64,000 nucleotides of DNA, taken from Gemmatales bacterium (GTDB lineage Bacteria > Planctomycetota > Planctomycetia > Gemmatales > HRBIN36). The notes beneath the pieces are model-generated. The model had not been told where the DNA came from. It saw only the letters and a list, made by a program, of their open reading frames with translations, and ran no database searches. The stretch lies in contig JBEPZY010000001.1 in the NCBI GenBank assembly GCA_041640595.1, forward strand, positions 1,088,001 to 1,152,000. The letters run 5' to 3'. Shown here piece after piece: positions 41,110 to 51,379 of the stretch. The translations under genes and the position numbers were made by a program. Within the stretch, counting starts at the first letter, position 1; every line of letters begins with the position of its first letter.

Positions 41110-41456
41110 GGTTTTCCGTTGCGGAGAGGGTCGGTCCGTTCTGCACAATGTAGCCCCAGCAAACCCATGCCCCAGCTTCGGTCTGGTCGCGTTACTGGCG
41201 GCCCTACCCTGTTCGATTCGCCTGCGGACAAAATAGCACGGTGGACTCGACCGCCGGCCGACGCTTCTTGGATTGGGTCACGCTTGCCGGGCATGGCCCA
41301 GCTTATACCGACCAGCCAGAAATTTGCAAGCGCAGGCGATGCTGAGGGTGCTCGCAGAGCAGCGAAGGCTACCTCATGGTTGTCGGTCAACGCGGAGGTG
41401 GTCTTCGCTGCCCGCGTTGACGGCGGCCAAAAAGTACCTCAGGGAGCAGCGGGTTT

Positions 41457-41552
41457 ATTCGACCCGGTCAGTGCCGATCTGATTGCGCCTGGTAGCCAAA
41501 GGCGGCTATGAGTTGGCGACAAATTCGACCTGGTCGGTGCTGACCTGATTGC
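41457..41552. repeat. Two 30-bp imperfect direct repeats separated by 36 bp
   Basis: 41457-41486 vs 41523-41552 match at 26/30; all four differences are transitions. Confidence 0.85.
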
Positions 41553-41864
41553 CCATACCGATCAACGGTCGGCAAGATTATGCCGCAGGCGAGTTGCTGG
41601 CTGGCAGTGAATGCGCCATGGCAGCCGAACCCGGGCCCGGTCAAGCCAACGGAGTCGGTTGCGGTTGACGGCTACGGCCCAATCATGGAATAATCAGCCC
41701 GCCTGAAGTAGTGTGCGAGGTCTGCATTCAGCCCGTGGATTCCGCACGCGGAAAGAAACCAGCTCTGCTTCTTGTGCTTCGCATCGGTGGGACAGACGAC
41801 ATGGGCAACCGCTGGCGGCACGGAAACCGCCAGGCTAACGACCGCGGCTGACAGGAGGCCGACC

Positions 41865-44800
41865 ATGCGACGATTCTGGGCAGGAATGGCAATTGTCTCG
41901 GTGACGCTGCTGACATGGTGGATGGGCATGATTCCAGGTCAGCTCACCCAGCCCAAGCCCGGTCGTTCGCACTGGTTCAGCGATGCCGCTATTCGTTCCC
42001 TCTGGTTTGTGGACGACCAGGAAGGTTGGGCCGTAGGCGATGATGGACTCATCCTGCACACGATAGACGGCGGGCAAACCTGGGAACGACAGATGAGCGG
42101 CACTCAGGCGAACTTACGGCAGGTGCAGTTCGTCTCACCGTTTGTCGGCTTCGCGGTAGGCGAAGAGGCATGGCCGGAACTTCCGCTCAGTGTCGGTGTG
42201 GTTCTGGGAACACGCGATGGTGGAGCCAACTGGCGGATTCTCAGCGAACGCACCATGCCCGGGCTGTACCAGGTGCACTTTTTCGATGAGCGACGCGGCG
42301 TCGTTGCGGGGGATACCTGCGACGCTTTTCCAGCGGGCGTATGGGAGACCGAAGATGGGGGACAGAGCTGGCGAGCAGTTGCCGGGACACGCCAACCAGG
42401 CTGGTATGCGACGGCGTGGCTGCGACCGGATTTTGGTATCCTGGCCGGTCGTCAGGGGAAGCTGGCTTTACTGAGCCGGCCGCGGTCTGGGTCTGCTTTA
42501 GCGCAATGGCAACCGATTTTCTACCAGGCTCGCAGCGACAACTTGCCGGGCAGCAGTTTCTCGAGCGGCAGTTGTGCCATACGCAGCGTTTGCTGGACAG
42601 GGCGTACTGGTTGGGCTTGCGGCGATCGTGGCCTGCTGCTCGTCTGCCGCGATCCCCATGGTCGGGACTGGCAACCGTTGACACTGCCGATTGAGGAACC
42701 CTTGCGCGAGATGTGGGATTTCCACGCGATACATTTCGTCGGCGATTTTGGCTGGGTTGCCGGTCGCCCTGGTTCAGTTATTCTGCACACCTGGGACGGT
42801 GGCAAGACCTGGCAGGTGCAGCGCACACCGCAATCCCTGCCGATATACGCACTGCATTTCGTCAACGAAAATTGCGGCTGGGCAGCTGGCGCTGGCGGAA
42901 CCATTCTGCACACCCGCGACGGAGGCAAAACCTGGCAGGTGCAACGCCGGGGCGTTCAGCGTGCCGCAGCTTTGATCGTTACCGCTCGCGCTGAGTTTTT
43001 GCCCTGTGAATTGCTCACCAGCCTGGCTGCAGACGCCGGTTATCATACCGTGGCCCTGCGCGTGTTGAGCGAGGATAGTTCCTCGCCCGACCATACGGCT
43101 CACGCTTCCGAACGATTCCACACCGTCGTGCGAAGGCTCGGCGGAATCTGCGGGGAAACGTTGACCGGCTGGCAGGTGCCTGAGGTGATAGAAACGGCAT
43201 CGGCGGAAAAACTGGCGGAAATCCTCGGTAATGGCAACAGTGCTCGCACGCTGGAACGTTTACAGCAGCAACTGGTACTGACCTTGCGCATCTGGCGGCC
43301 GGACGTTGTGATCACCGATCATCCCGATGTACAAGGCCCGGGTGGAGTGGAAGGAGCGCTGGTAGCGCTGGCCGTCAGCAAAGCCTTTCGACTTGCCGAG
43401 AATGCCGATGTCTGCCGCGAACAAATTACCCGCTGGCTGCTTCAGCCGTGGTCGGTCGGCAAACTCTACAGCTCCTGGGACGGTTCAGAGGGAGCTACCG
43501 TGAGTGCGGATTGGAATGCGCTCCGTCCAGCTTTAGGCCGAACCGTTTGGGAAGCGGCTCTGGTAGGTCGACATTTGCTGGCTCCACTGGCCACGGTTCG
43601 CTTTTCAAACAGTGCGGTCTCCTCCGCGCAACGGTTTGCTTATTTCCGTTTGCTGGACAGTCGCCTGGAAAATGCTCAGCAGCATCGTGAGCTGATGGAG
43701 GGTATCCACGCACCCCCGGGAGGACCGAATCGGCGCGAGCCAGCGCAAACGGTTTGGGATGAGTCTCAGACTAACCTCGCCCAGCGCCGGGCACGGAAAA
43801 TGGAAGAAGTTCTCGGTCTGGCTGACCGACTCCTGGCTTCGCCACACTCCGGAGAACGCTGGCTTGCCGCTTTACCTGAAGAACTGGCCTCACTCGACGA
43901 AACCCAATCCGCCGAAATGCTCTGGCAACTGGCCTTGCAGTGTATCGCCCGCGGACAGTGGGGTTTCGCCAAGGAGGTTTTCGTCTCGCTACTGGAAAGA
44001 CACCCCGACAGTCCCCTGGCACCAGCAGCAGCCAGCTGGTTGGTGGCATTTCTCTCCAGCAGTGAGGCCCGCCGACGTGCGGAATTACGCCACTTTCTCT
44101 GCGACTTACCCCCGCACCAGGAAAAATCGCCCAGTAACTCCGCTGCTTCTCCGACTGCACAACAACCATCGCCAGCAGGATCGCGGTCGGCACAATTGGC
44201 GGGCAAGCCCCAGCCTGCTTCGACCGAACTGAATACCATCCTGCAACGTCGCAGGGAGGATTGGCGGTTCTGGGAACGGGGAGCACTGCTGGCTGGCGAT
44301 GTGTTGACCGCTTACGGCCCGCTTTTCTGGCTGGAACCCCGCGTACAGTTTTGTCTGCTTGCAGTACAACGCCGACGAGCTAATCCGGCAGAAGTTCTGG
44401 CCGGCTATACGCGCTTCCGGTTGCACCTGTCAGGCGGCCCGTGGTACGAAGCTGCCGCTTCGGAAATCGCTTTCCTGCGACCTGGTGTGCCGGCGAACCC
44501 GTCCAAAACAGACCCGGCGGAACCGAACAGCCTGGCTCGTAAACGGGCTTATTTGTGTAGCTGGACAAACCAGCCCCCCTACCTGGACGGCGAGCTAGAC
44601 GATGAGGTCTGGCGCAGCATTCCCCCGATACTATTCCGGAATGTCCTGGGCCAGACCAGCGACACGTACCCATCCGAAGCCTATCTGGCCTACGATGCCC
44701 GGTTTTTGTACCTCGCTTTGCGCTGTAAACATCCGCTGGGTTGCCGGCAGGAACCAGTCCGTCCTCGCAGTCGTGATGCCGACCTTCGCGGCTACGATCG

Positions 44801-45134
44801 CGTTTACCTGCTGCTCGATCTCGACCGCGATTACGTTACCTGCTATCGCCTGGAAGTTGACCAGCGCGGCTGCGTGTTCGAAGAATGTTGGGGCGACCGA
44901 ACCTGGAACCCGAAATGGTTCGTTGCCAGCAAAAGCGGCGATACGGTCTGGCAAGCGGAACTGGCGATCCCCTGGACAGAGTTAGTTCGGGAAGCACCAA
45001 ACCATCGCCAAACCTGGGCGTTTAACCTGGTGCGCATCATCCCGCAAAAAGGTCTGCAAGCGGTTTCTGCTCCTGCAGGCGTCACAAACAGACCGGAAGG
45101 AATGGTCTTGCTCACCTTCTCGGAATCCCGCTAA
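41865..45134 (+). CDS. YCF48-related BNR/beta-propeller protein with TPR-like and C-terminal CBM9/DOMON-like regions
   Basis: Repeated ILHTxDGGxTW Asp-box motifs; C-terminal LDGELDDEVW, YDARFLY and WQAELAIPW; AGGAGG SD. Confidence 0.8.
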   Translation: MRRFWAGMAIVSVTLLTWWMGMIPGQLTQPKPGRSHWFSDAAIRSLWFVDDQEGWAVGDDGLILHTIDGGQTWERQMSGTQANLRQVQFVSPFVGFAVGEEAWPELPLSVGVVLGTRDGGANWRILSERTMPGLYQVHFFDERRGVVAGDTCDAFPAGVWETEDGGQSWRAVAGTRQPGWYATAWLRPDFGILAGRQGKLALLSRPRSGSALAQWQPIFYQARSDNLPGSSFSSGSCAIRSVCWTGRTGWACGDRGLLLVCRDPHGRDWQPLTLPIEEPLREMWDFHAIHFVGDFGWVAGRPGSVILHTWDGGKTWQVQRTPQSLPIYALHFVNENCGWAAGAGGTILHTRDGGKTWQVQRRGVQRAAALIVTARAEFLPCELLTSLAADAGYHTVALRVLSEDSSSPDHTAHASERFHTVVRRLGGICGETLTGWQVPEVIETASAEKLAEILGNGNSARTLERLQQQLVLTLRIWRPDVVITDHPDVQGPGGVEGALVALAVSKAFRLAENADVCREQITRWLLQPWSVGKLYSSWDGSEGATVSADWNALRPALGRTVWEAALVGRHLLAPLATVRFSNSAVSSAQRFAYFRLLDSRLENAQQHRELMEGIHAPPGGPNRREPAQTVWDESQTNLAQRRARKMEEVLGLADRLLASPHSGERWLAALPEELASLDETQSAEMLWQLALQCIARGQWGFAKEVFVSLLERHPDSPLAPAAASWLVAFLSSSEARRRAELRHFLCDLPPHQEKSPSNSAASPTAQQPSPAGSRSAQLAGKPQPASTELNTILQRRREDWRFWERGALLAGDVLTAYGPLFWLEPRVQFCLLAVQRRRANPAEVLAGYTRFRLHLSGGPWYEAAASEIAFLRPGVPANPSKTDPAEPNSLARKRAYLCSWTNQPPYLDGELDDEVWRSIPPILFRNVLGQTSDTYPSEAYLAYDARFLYLALRCKHPLGCRQEPVRPRSRDADLRGYDRVYLLLDLDRDYVTCYRLEVDQRGCVFEECWGDRTWNPKWFVASKSGDTVWQAELAIPWTELVREAPNHRQTWAFNLVRIIPQKGLQAVSAPAGVTNRPEGMVLLTFSESR

Positions 45135-45222
45135 CGTTCCAGGCTCGGCTGGTTTCGTATAATCTAGAGAGCAGCGCCAAGCCAAATGGTCGCTACTCGG
45201 GCCCTGGGAATGGCCAGTATCA

Positions 45223-45309
45223 GGAGGGGTGGCAGAGCGGCCGATTGCGCCGGTCTCGAAAACCGGTAGGCGGGCAACCGCCTCGTGGGTTCGAATCCCA
45301 CCCCCTCCG
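45223..45309 (+). tRNA. tRNA-Ser (anticodon CGA); CCA not encoded directly after the discriminator
   Basis: Acceptor GGAGGGG/CCCCTCC, anticodon arm CCGGT-CTCGAAA-ACCGG, long variable arm and GGTTCGAATCC T arm. Confidence 0.97.
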
Positions 45310-45463
45310 CTACCAACCCGAACAGTTCCTTTGAGGTGGCTTGCGTTGTCCCTGATCCGTGTCCGACCATGCGCTGCTGTCTCGCTATCGTTATCCGCGA
45401 TACTGGGACGCTTATAATAAGCACAAGCAAGCCGATACAACTTCTGCAAGTGAAGGGTCAATT

Positions 45464-46915
45464 ATGAGCGACGCTGGGCAGGAACCGGTTGCGGGAGACG
45501 GTCAGGGCTCGGAAAATTCCCTGCCGCAACCGCAGGAGCCTTCTCTTCCGCCAGTCGAGCCACCGAGTGCCAGGTTGATCGCTCAACTCTTTTTGATACC
45601 CGGCCTGGTAGTTGCAGTGCTGGTCGGAGTGGTGTGGTTGTTTTTCGGCTGGCTGGCACCGGGGAGTTATGAGCCGCAGGACTTCCTGAAAGGACTGCGT
45701 TCCCAGCACGATCCTGTGCGCTGGCGCACCGCTCAGGACCTGGCTCAAATCCTGCCGCGAAAACAGGAATTACGGTTGAACGTGGACTTCGCCCTGCAGC
45801 TCACGGCTTTACTGGAAGAGGAGCTGGAACGAGAACGTTCCAGTGCGGCGAGGGCATCGGAAAACGATGATAAAAGTGCAGCATCTGCACCGCATCTGGC
45901 GGAATTCCTACCGGCTGCGGTAGGACATTTCCACGTGCCGGTCGCTGCGCCGGTCCTGTGCCGAATCGTTCGCGATCATGTACGCGGAATTGAATACTTG
46001 CCGGGAAGTGGCGATGCTTCGTCCGGTCGCGTGGTGAATGTTTCCGGTTTGCGGGTGCGAAATAGTCTGGTTGCTCTGGCGACGCTCGGTAGTCGCCTGG
46101 AGGAACTGGAGCAGTTGTCTGGCGAAGTGCAGGAAGACGTCCTGGCCACTTTGCAAAAATTTGCGGAGCGTGGCGATCCTCAAGGTCGCTATGCTCGTCT
46201 GGCCTGGGAGTACCTGAAGCGCCGCCTGCACGGGGATACATCCCGCGGCTCGGACGTGATCAACGAATTGCGGGAAACTTTGTCGCTGGTGGTGAGTTGC
46301 GAAGATGAAATGAGCCGGAAATACGCCTGCTTAGCGCTGGCAAACTGGCCTGAACCGGAGCTGGAACCGTTACTGCTTGATTTGCTGCGTGGCGACCCGG
46401 CTCCCACTTTGCTGGAAAGTGTTAGTCCTGCTCGCGCTATCCTGGAAATCCAGTACAATGCGGCTCTGGCTCTGCTTCGCCGGCGCAGCGCCCGTATTCC
46501 CTGGCGTTTGATCGAGGAATTGCTCGATGAAAACGCACTCAAGAAAAGTTACTACGAAGATTCACCGCAGGGTTACAACGCTGCTGCGGTGAGCATGGCG
46601 CAGCTGGCAGCGCTTCGCACACTCTATGACGTCGAGCGAAAGAACCCCGGTTTTATTCTTCAGCATCCGACAATCAAGCCGCTGCTGGAGCAGTTGCAAT
46701 ACAGTGGCAATCCCGCGGTGCAGGTCGAAGCCAGGCGAATTCTGGGAACGGAGTCGGTTTCCGGAAAATCGCCGCGACGAATCAGCCGCGAGGTGTTGCT
46801 TTTGGTCGGAGTCGGTTTAGGGGTGGTGATTTTGCTCACCGTCGCAGTGCTGGCTCGCTGGAAACGTCATAGTTCGCCCGGTGTCTCTCCAGCCGATTTG
46901 CCGAACTCTCGATAA
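45464..46915 (+). CDS. HEAT-repeat-like membrane protein
   Basis: TM helices near both ends; helical repeats VRWRTAQDL, SRKYACLALA and IQYNAALAL. Confidence 0.65.
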   Translation: MSDAGQEPVAGDGQGSENSLPQPQEPSLPPVEPPSARLIAQLFLIPGLVVAVLVGVVWLFFGWLAPGSYEPQDFLKGLRSQHDPVRWRTAQDLAQILPRKQELRLNVDFALQLTALLEEELERERSSAARASENDDKSAASAPHLAEFLPAAVGHFHVPVAAPVLCRIVRDHVRGIEYLPGSGDASSGRVVNVSGLRVRNSLVALATLGSRLEELEQLSGEVQEDVLATLQKFAERGDPQGRYARLAWEYLKRRLHGDTSRGSDVINELRETLSLVVSCEDEMSRKYACLALANWPEPELEPLLLDLLRGDPAPTLLESVSPARAILEIQYNAALALLRRRSARIPWRLIEELLDENALKKSYYEDSPQGYNAAAVSMAQLAALRTLYDVERKNPGFILQHPTIKPLLEQLQYSGNPAVQVEARRILGTESVSGKSPRRISREVLLLVGVGLGVVILLTVAVLARWKRHSSPGVSPADLPNSR

Positions 46916-46971
46916 CATATCCCACGAGCTACGGACTTAAACCGACCACACACTCCAACAAGGAGAAACCC

Positions 46972-47430
46972 ATGAGCAAACCGAACAAGGAAATCCTCGA
47001 GGCCTTGCGTAAAGCCTATTGCATGGAGGTGGAGACGGTCATCAACTACCTGGCCAATGCCCTCGACCTGGAAGGTGTGCGTGCCGACCACATCAAGCAA
47101 TCGCTGCTTTCCGATATCCAGGGGGAGCTTGGGCACGCTCAGCAACTGGGCAACCGTATTAAACAACTCGGCGGTGCGATTCCCGGCAGCCTGGCCCTGC
47201 AATTCAGCCAGAAATCGTTACAGCCGCCGAGCGACCCGACCGATGTGGTTGCCGTGATTCGCGGCGTGATTGCTGCTGAAGAAGAAGCCATTGCCCATTA
47301 CGAGAAGACCATCGAACTGGCTCGCCAGCATAACGATTACGTCACCGAAAACCTCGCCATCGAACTGCTCAGCGATGAGGAGGCCCACCGTCAGCAATTC
47401 CTGGGCTATCTGAAGGAATACACGAAATAA
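46972..47430 (+). CDS. Ferritin-like (bacterioferritin-like) di-iron protein
   Basis: Four-helix pattern with ExxH motifs ELGH and EEAH; AGGAG SD. Confidence 0.88.
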   Translation: MSKPNKEILEALRKAYCMEVETVINYLANALDLEGVRADHIKQSLLSDIQGELGHAQQLGNRIKQLGGAIPGSLALQFSQKSLQPPSDPTDVVAVIRGVIAAEEEAIAHYEKTIELARQHNDYVTENLAIELLSDEEAHRQQFLGYLKEYTK

Positions 47431-47635
47431 TTCGCCTGGTCGCTCAACGTCGAATTGTTCTGACCCATCAGCGAACCAACGACAGGCTTCTGGTCCGGCA
47501 AGCATATTGTCGAGCGTGGCAAAAGAGCCAGAATAGTGCACTGACATTGCGAACCGAGCTTGACGGTTATTGGGCCTTGCTCGGCTGAAAGGTCGCCGTC
47601 CTCGGCTTGCCCCGGCAAAATGCAGTAAGGTAACT

Positions 47636-48136
47636 ATGGCCGTTGTGATTCGCGCTTACCGTCCCGACGACAAAGCTGCCATTCTGCAATTGACCATCGA
47701 GGCGTTTGAGCCTGTTTCCATCGATTGCAATATCGAGAAACGGTTCGGACTGGTGGGTAAACATGACTGGCGCTGGCGGAAAAGCCGGCAGGTAAACCGG
47801 GAGCTTGAGGAGAATCCTCAGGGTTGTTTCGTCGCCGAAGATGACGGTCAAGTAGTTGGTTACATCACGACGCTCGCAGATATCGAAGCCGGCATGGGCT
47901 GGATTGCCAATCTCGCAGTCGCTCACGATCGCCGCGGCGCTGGCATCGGGCGTTCCCTGATCCTGCAGGCGCTACGCTATTTCAAACAGCTCGGCCTGAC
48001 GCACGCCCGCATCGAAACGCTCGAGCAAAATCCGATCGGCCAGCGTCTTTACCCGCAATGTGGTTTCGTAGAAGTAGCCCGGCAAATCCACTACTGCCGC
48101 TCTTTAGACGACATCCCGACCGAGGAAGCGGGCTGA
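47636..48136 (+). CDS. GNAT family N-acetyltransferase
   Basis: LAVAHDRRGAGIG and N...LYPQCGF motifs. Confidence 0.92.
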   Translation: MAVVIRAYRPDDKAAILQLTIEAFEPVSIDCNIEKRFGLVGKHDWRWRKSRQVNRELEENPQGCFVAEDDGQVVGYITTLADIEAGMGWIANLAVAHDRRGAGIGRSLILQALRYFKQLGLTHARIETLEQNPIGQRLYPQCGFVEVARQIHYCRSLDDIPTEEAG

Positions 48137-48267
48137 AGCTTACGGCTCCCGGCCGGCGAACGGCAAATTGTGAATCGCGGTTGCGCACAGGAAAGCTAAG
48201 CTGCATCGCCCGGGTCAGAATGTTCACCACTACCCGGCCTGCTGACGGCATCGGAGAGGGAACCGGA

Positions 48268-51200
48268 TTACTTGGGCGACAAGGCGCTCTCCCCGCGCAG
48301 CGAGAGTAAGTAAGCCAGTAAATCGGAGAAGTCTGCGACCGGTATAGTTTCGCCGAAGTTGCCGGGCATCAACGAGAGCGGGCTGGTCTGCATTTTTTCG
48401 ATATCGGCCTGAGCGACGGCGAATTCCTTGCCCTGCTGGTCAGCGAAAATCAGTTGCTGGCCTTCCTGCCGCAATTTCAAACCGGACAAACTGCGACCAT
48501 CGCGCGTCAGAAGCAGAGTCAAACGATAGGCTTCGTCCACGTTGCGGTTGGGGTCGAGGATATCCTCGGCCAGTCGTTCCAGGCCCCGGCTGCCGATGCC
48601 GTCGAGTTTCGGGCCGATGTTGGTTCCCTCGTTGCCGATGCGGTGGCAGTTGGCACAATGTTTTTGGAAAACAATGCGGCCACGGTTGGGGTCGGCCCGG
48701 TTGGGATCGAAACTTTTCAATCGTTGCCGGATCAGGGCCGCCACCGCGTCGCTGGCTGGTGGCAGTTGTCGGGCCAGTTGCTCGATACGCTGTCGCCATT
48801 GCGGTTTGTCGAATGCTTCCAGGCGCTGGCGAATGACCAGATTCTGCAACAGCCGCGGTGAGGCCTTGCCGCTTTCCATCGCCTGCACCAGGACCTCGGC
48901 ACCACGCGGATGCCCGGAAAGCAAGTCCGCCAATCGCGTTTGCAAATCAGCGGGTGCGTTTTGCAGTGACGCTACGAAAGCCGCCACATCTTCGTCGCGC
49001 CAGTTCCGCAGCAGGTATTCGCCTGCCAAACGCCGCAGGCTGGTCGGTTCGTCGCCGCTGACGATTATGGCCAGGCTGGCTTTGCGTGCAGCCGAGGCAT
49101 CGGTCCGCCACAGCGCCCGCAAGGCCCATTCACGAATGCTCAGGTCTTGCTGGCTGTCGTTCAGCCAGCTGGCGATGCCCCCAGACGTATCGGCCAGCGC
49201 GAGCAATTCTGCCCATTGCAAGGCCAGGATTCGCTCCTGCGTGTTGGCGGATGATCGCGGCACGAGAATTGACCGAGCGAAATTCGCGGGCCAACCAGTC
49301 CAGGCGGCCTTCATGCTGGGATAAGCCCGACGCAAACGCTGACCTTCCGCAAGTGCAGCGAGGGCAGCCTGCTCAAGTGGGGGCTGCTTTGCCACACGGG
49401 GACGCGCTGCCGTTACTGCACGCAGCAGTTCTTCATCGTTGCCGAACTGCGAAACCTGACGCAGTAGAGCCGGGATTTGCCCATCAGCCAGTTGCGGTTG
49501 TTCCAGCAAGAATAAGGCCCAGGCAATCAAACCGGGCGGCTTGAGACCGGCAGTGACATCGGCCAGCCAGCGTAACTCCGAGGCCCGGAAATTGGTCCCC
49601 TGCACGATGCGCAGCGAGTCCGGTAGCTGCAGATGATTGCGCAATGCGATGCGGAGCATGTGCACCAGCTGGACATCGTCGAGCGGCGCCTGCTCCAATG
49701 CGGCCAGAAGAGAGCTGAGCAGCGACAGGTTTGGGTGGAGGCTAGCGGTTTCGGCTGCCGCTCGACGCACCATTGGGTCGGGGCTGATCAGACTGCGTAC
49801 CAGAAAGGCTTGCTGCTCGGCGGTCCATTGCTGGTGTCGTGCCAGTGCTCGCAGGTAATGCACCTGCACCAGCGGATCGGCGGTGGCGATCTGGTCCACA
49901 GCGAGTTCGTTCAGGCTACCGCAGCGGAGATAGACCCAGACGGCATGGGCTTGCTGCAAAGGCGTCTTCGCTCGCTGTTGCAGAACGGACAGGGCTTTCT
50001 TCCCGAAACGTTCCACCAGCTGATGCGTTGCCAGTGTGCGCACCGTTTGATTGCTGTCCTTCAGTAAGTCCACCAGTTCCTCGCAAGTTAAGCGGGTCAG
50101 ATCGCGGATCGGCGACAGCTGTGGCCGATTTTCCTGGCCCACGTAAACGACGCGCCAGATGCGGCCTCGAAACCGGTCGCGGCGCGGATGTCGCAAATCC
50201 ACCTCGTAATGGCCGATGATGCAGTTGTAAAAATCGGCGATGTACAGCGCCCCATCGGGGCCAAGTTGAATATCCACCGGACGAAACCACAGATCGTCGC
50301 AGCGAACGAAATCCTCCGGCCGTTCGACCCACGGCGAAGAACCGCGCCAGACCGGCGTATCACGATGCACCACACCCGTCACCGGATTGCCGACGTAAAA
50401 GCAGTCGCGGTACGGCGGCGGGAATTGCTCGGCGTCGTAATAAGCGATGCCCGCAATGCCGGTCGAACCGTGGCTGTGTCGCGTCATTTCCGGCCCGAAA
50501 CCGAGACCGTCATGCGGTTTGCCGAAACTTTCGTAATACGCTCCTGGCAGCAGCATCATAATCGGTCGGGAATGGCAGTCAGCTGTGTACTGGTTGAGCC
50601 AGCGATCGAAGCACATGCCAAACGGATTCACCTGGCCATAGGTCCAAACCTGAATCGCCGAGCCGTCCTGTCGGAATCGGTAAGTGTGGCCGGACTGCAT
50701 TTCCACGACGACCGGCCCCTGGCCACGCAAACGCACCCGGGAATGGTTGCGGAAACCGTGGCAAGCATAGACCCAGCCATCCAGACCAAGTCGGAAAGCG
50801 TTCTGATTGCCGTGCGTGTCCACGTACTCAAACGGGCCGTAAAGTACCTCACGCTGGTCGGCGCGACCGTCCCCATCAGTGTCGCGGAGTTTCCAGATGT
50901 GCGGGATTGACCAGACGATCGCCTCATGCCCATCGCCAAGCGGCAGCACACCAATCGGAATGTTCAAGCCCTCGGCGAAGCGCGTGACCTTGCGAGCACG
51001 ACCGTCCGGGCCGAAATCTTCCAGGACACTGATGCCGTCGCGTGCCGGGCGATCGCCGCTGGCAGGAAACGGATATTCCACACTGTGCGTTACCCACAGC
51101 CGTCCACGGGCGTCGAAAGCGAGATTGATCGGCTTTTGAATCTGCGGTTCGCTCGCCACCAGCTGGATGACGAAGCCCGGTGGCAGACGGAACCGCTGCT

Positions 51201-51330
51201 GCTCTTGTTCCGGCGTCAACGCTTCCGTCGGTGCGATCAGAGGCTGCGCTGGCGAACGAAAGTCCAGGCACAACCCGATTATGCCGGCAACCAGCATCCC
51301 GATGCAGATAGCAATATGCTCATGGCGCAT
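48268..51330 (-). CDS. PVC-type membrane-bound dehydrogenase-like protein with HEAT repeats and a c-type heme domain
   Basis: FRLPPGFVIQLVASEP, FRPVD, GPDGALYIADFY, RGRIWR, CANCH and SLMP motifs. Confidence 0.92.
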   Translation of the reverse strand: MRHEHIAICIGMLVAGIIGLCLDFRSPAQPLIAPTEALTPEQEQQRFRLPPGFVIQLVASEPQIQKPINLAFDARGRLWVTHSVEYPFPASGDRPARDGISVLEDFGPDGRARKVTRFAEGLNIPIGVLPLGDGHEAIVWSIPHIWKLRDTDGDGRADQREVLYGPFEYVDTHGNQNAFRLGLDGWVYACHGFRNHSRVRLRGQGPVVVEMQSGHTYRFRQDGSAIQVWTYGQVNPFGMCFDRWLNQYTADCHSRPIMMLLPGAYYESFGKPHDGLGFGPEMTRHSHGSTGIAGIAYYDAEQFPPPYRDCFYVGNPVTGVVHRDTPVWRGSSPWVERPEDFVRCDDLWFRPVDIQLGPDGALYIADFYNCIIGHYEVDLRHPRRDRFRGRIWRVVYVGQENRPQLSPIRDLTRLTCEELVDLLKDSNQTVRTLATHQLVERFGKKALSVLQQRAKTPLQQAHAVWVYLRCGSLNELAVDQIATADPLVQVHYLRALARHQQWTAEQQAFLVRSLISPDPMVRRAAAETASLHPNLSLLSSLLAALEQAPLDDVQLVHMLRIALRNHLQLPDSLRIVQGTNFRASELRWLADVTAGLKPPGLIAWALFLLEQPQLADGQIPALLRQVSQFGNDEELLRAVTAARPRVAKQPPLEQAALAALAEGQRLRRAYPSMKAAWTGWPANFARSILVPRSSANTQERILALQWAELLALADTSGGIASWLNDSQQDLSIREWALRALWRTDASAARKASLAIIVSGDEPTSLRRLAGEYLLRNWRDEDVAAFVASLQNAPADLQTRLADLLSGHPRGAEVLVQAMESGKASPRLLQNLVIRQRLEAFDKPQWRQRIEQLARQLPPASDAVAALIRQRLKSFDPNRADPNRGRIVFQKHCANCHRIGNEGTNIGPKLDGIGSRGLERLAEDILDPNRNVDEAYRLTLLLTRDGRSLSGLKLRQEGQQLIFADQQGKEFAVAQADIEKMQTSPLSLMPGNFGETIPVADFSDLLAYLLSLRGESALSPK

Positions 51331-51379
51331 CGTGTGGGCTCCCGTTATCCTTTGCCTAGCCCTGCAATCGTCTCCCTGG

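Noticed and set aside
41457..41552. CRISPR array
   Set aside because: Only two diverged repeats, no further copies at the 66-bp period and no cas genes; kept as a plain repeat.
45223..45460. Integrated element at tRNA-Ser
   Set aside because: No integrase, no duplicated tRNA 3' end noticed, and flanking genes look native.
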